From contig CAJINV010000013.1 of assembly GCA_905178155.1 (NCBI GenBank), positions 2,600,158 through 2,664,157 on the forward strand: 64,000 nt of DNA, written 5' to 3'. The notes under the pieces were generated by a model, which had not been told where the DNA came from, ran no database searches, and saw nothing but the letters and a program-made list of their open reading frames with translations. Source of the DNA: Amoebophrya sp. A120 (taxonomy: Eukaryota > Protista > Dinoflagellata). Below, piece after piece: positions 60,957 through 64,000 of the stretch. Position 1 is the first letter of the stretch; each line of letters starts with the position of its first letter. The translations under genes and the position numbers were made by a program.

Positions 60957-63640
60957 TTACCCGATGAACTTCCCTCCGTCAGCGACGCGCAGGATGGCCG
61001 TAGCGTAATCGTTGAGCACCTCCGTGATCTTGTCGGCGGTGATGTCGCCCACCGCGGCCGGCTCCTCGGCGCAGGTCTGGCACAGCTTCGCGATGATGCG
61101 GGCCGGCATGATCAGGGAGCAGGGCTTCAGGTTGTAGTCGTACTTGGTGGCGAACCGCAGGCGGTACAGCTTCTTGGCGCCCGAGGCGTCGGACAGGACC
61201 AGCTGCCGGTTGTGGGTGGCCTGGAACTTGACCGGATTGATGAAGCGGTCCTGGATCATCTTCATGTGGTTGCCGGTTTTTCCCGTGCCCGGGTTGGCCA
61301 CCATGTACTCCGTGGTCATGATCCCCCCGTCGGAGATCTCCTGGCCGAGCGCGTTGTGCGTGCACATCAGGTGCATGCCCGAGAAGGGGACCATGGCGGC
61401 GCGCACCGCGTCGACCACGGCCTCGTTGGAGGGGGCGAGGAACATGTTGGTCAGGCGGTCCAGCATGGGGGACAACGCCAACACGCACAGGTGCGCCATC
61501 AGCAAGCCCCCGCAGATCGCCTGCCCGGTCAGCTTGTTGTTGGTGAAGGCCTCGTAGGAGGACCCGTGGATCAGGACGGTGACGCCGGTGACCTCTGGCA
61601 TGCCATCATCAGCGTCACTCTCCTCGCAAGCCTTCAGCATGGCCATCAACCGCGTCATGCGAGCCTCGTCCAAATCGTCCACGCCCACCAGAAAGATCGG
61701 CTTGCGCTTGTGGTGACCCTCCTATCAAATGTAAAAATGTCTGGGTCTGGAAGAATCCAACTTGTCATGCTGATTTTGGATTCTAAAAAAATCTGTATTC
61801 CATGAGCAGCAAAGAGAGTCCAAATTTTGCAGCACGGAAAGAGCATTTGTCATGCGGAATAGGCATCAGGAAGCCCTCTAAAAATCTGTGACGCTAGGGC
61901 ATGCATCACAGACTTGCGGAGTCATGCAAAATGTGCATGACAAACCCGGCAATCTTCCAGACCCAGACATTTTTACATTTGATACCTCCTGGTTGTTGAT
62001 GATCTTCTCCTTGACAATCGTCCGGGCGGCGTCCACGGTATAAAATGCAAAAGTGTCTGGGTCTGGAAGAATGCATGTTTGTCATGCTTGTCCGGTATGA
62101 CTCTTAAATCTGTCATGCACTGTACCCAAGAGCTCCATTGTTCTGTGATGCAGAAACGCAGTTTGTCATGCAGATTAGGCAACACCTAGAAGCTCAGAAA
62201 CTTGTCATGCTAAGCCAGCAGTTGTAGCCTCATCATGACCATGAGACGCCACCCAGCATCACAAGTTTCCAGACCCAGACACTTTTGCAATGCATACACG
62301 GTGGGATCGGGCAGTTCGGCTTCCAGGTCGAACACCGGGCGGTCGAAGAACTGGGAGGAGAACTTGGCCTTGTGGTTCTCGAAGCTGCTGGTGGACATGG
62401 TGAACATGACCGGGCGGCGGTTGGACGGCCAGGTCACGTTCTTGATCACGTTCTCCAGGTTTTCCGCCGGCAGCTCCGTCTTGGCGTCGCGGGTGGTCGA
62501 CTTCTTGGTGGCCACGTTGGCGTCCGAGGGGATGCACTTGGAGATGAAGTTGGTCAAGTCGCCCATCGCGCCCATGCACTCCTTCTCGTCCAGGCCCGCA
62601 TCGCCCGCCAGGTGCCCGAACGCCTGCTGCGGCGCGCAGTCCTTCTCGTACTTGTCCTTCAACATGGCCACTATGCATTGCAAAAGGATGTTGGGATCTT
62701 CGCACGCGTGGTACTATAAATTGTCGTATCACAAATTTTTTTTTTATTTCAGAAGGAGATGAAATAATTCCTCCTGGGATTGTTTGATGTTATGCAGATT
62801 TTTGGTCACAAGTACCGCGACGTGATTCTGTCAATATCTGCACAGGAGCATGCTTTCAATTAGTACCTACCACTACTAGTGCGACATCACAACTTCTGCC
62901 GGGAGGATAAACATGGCGTCGATCTCCGCCTTGCCGGCGGAGGCGAAGGCCTTCCAGGCGGAAGACTTGCCACCGTTGCCCGCAGCGTCGTACTGGCCGT
63001 ACAGCTTGTACAGAACACCGTCCGGATCCGGGTAGAAGTCGTCGGCGGCGACGATCTTCAGCATGGTCGGGGCGCCCTTCCACCCGGAACCCACCAGGGT
63101 GTTCAGAAAGCCCATACCTGTTTTTTATTTTTGTCAGCATGATGGGTAGAAGAACTCAAAGGAACGAGTTGCGGACGGCAAGCGTCGACGTAACAAATTG
63201 TAGGCTCTCCCTGGTTGTGCTGTATTCGCATGAAATACGTTGTAGAAGAAGAAGTTCTCGGGTGACGAGATAGAGATATAGAAAAAAAGCGTTGTCGCCG
63301 TCGCACGAAGAAACTTTATTATACCCAAGATCCCCGCCTCGATGGCGGTGCAGAACTCCGGCTTCGAGTTCAGCGTGGCCGTGATCATCAGGGTACGGAT
63401 CTTCAAATCCGCCGAGTAGCCCGCAGCCGTGTCGACTGCGTTCCAGTCCTCGGCGCCGTGGGTGCGCTCCTTGTGCTTGAACAGCGTTTCACGCACTTTC
63501 GTCACGAAGGACTTGTTGAAGCCCAGGTGGCGGGGGTCGAACAGGATCACCACCTTCTTCAGGTTCGCCTTGGAGCACTTCACATCACCCGAGATGGCGA
63601 TGGGATCGCGGTGGGAGGCGGACGGCGACCAGAATTGGAT
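60957..63640 (-). CDS. Hypothetical globular protein, at least 5 exons; 5' end unresolved
   Basis: High-GC3 segments at 63320-63640, 62890-63115, 62297-62671, 61985-62038 and 60957-61722. Joins LPDPTV|DAARTIVKEKIINNQE|GHHKRKPIFLVGVDD are in frame after introner removal. Confidence 0.7.
61723..61984. mobile_element. Introner, family A3 (262 bp), opposite orientation to 52691-52952
   Basis: Perfect 32-bp TIR. DR cctcc. Confidence 0.96.
62039..62296. mobile_element. Introner, family A1 (258 bp), same orientation as 1529-1780
   Basis: TIR tgcaaaagtgtctgggtctggaa. TA termini. DR cacgg. Confidence 0.95.
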
Positions 63641-63818
63641 TCCTGTTTTTCGTTGTTCACGTCGAGAATGTTGAAAGTGGAATTCATTGCTACTTCATTT
63701 TACGACATATCTTTATACAACTTTCAAGTAGATCTTGCTGCGTTGGCACATTCCCTATCTGCATGCGCGTTGACTACACATAAACACATTCTGTTTACAG
63801 AAACGAATAAGATTGGCA

Positions 63819-63845
63819 AAAACCCTAAATCCTAAAACCCTAAAA
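63819..63845. repeat. Short degenerate telomere-like (TTTAGGG-type) tract
   Basis: aaaaccctaaatcctaaaaccctaaaa, about 3 imperfect CCCTAAA units. Confidence 0.45.
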
Positions 63846-64000
63846 CAGAAACATTGACATTCCAGAAATACCGGTTCCATTGGTCCACGGGGCCGGGGTC
63901 TTCGCCGCACCAGCCGGGGGCGCTCCCGCAGCGGGGGCAGCAGCGGCCTTCGGGGCCGGAGCCGCGGCGGAAGGAGAGGCCGGAGCCGCTCCGTTGGCAG

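Noticed and set aside
1-64000. Autonomous transposase, rRNA, tRNA or dinoflagellate spliced-leader relic
   Set aside because: No DDE, reverse transcriptase or recombinase motifs, structured RNA gene or CCGTAGCCATTTTGGCTCAAG-like sequence recognised by eye. Weak or divergent copies could be missed.

Overview
Eukaryotic genomic DNA, most consistent with a parasitic syndinian dinoflagellate such as Amoebophrya (inferred from gene architecture, not from a marker gene). All ~14 recognisable genes lie on the minus strand: a HELQ/Pol-theta-type helicase, a secreted kinase-like protein, enoyl-CoA hydratase, a TPT/SLC35-type transporter, UBE2K, an Sfi1-repeat protein, two tandem MICAL-like flavoprotein monooxygenases and several unknowns. 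The dominant feature is an invasion of short (about 150-310 bp) MITE-like intron elements (introners). I delimited 21 with both ends plus decayed remnants. They fall into at least five TIR families, nearly all have TAY...RTA termini and a 5-bp flanking direct repeat (DR), and they share a repeated internal GCAT(G/C)ACAA motif. Twenty interrupt coding exons, in either orientation. Removing the element plus one DR restores the reading frame and conserved motifs, usually without any GT-AG register. One introner carries a nested 1.4-kb transposon with an 8-bp TSD, one sits inside a canonical intron, and a paralog pair provides natural empty-site controls. All gene models were reconstructed by eye and lack RNA support.
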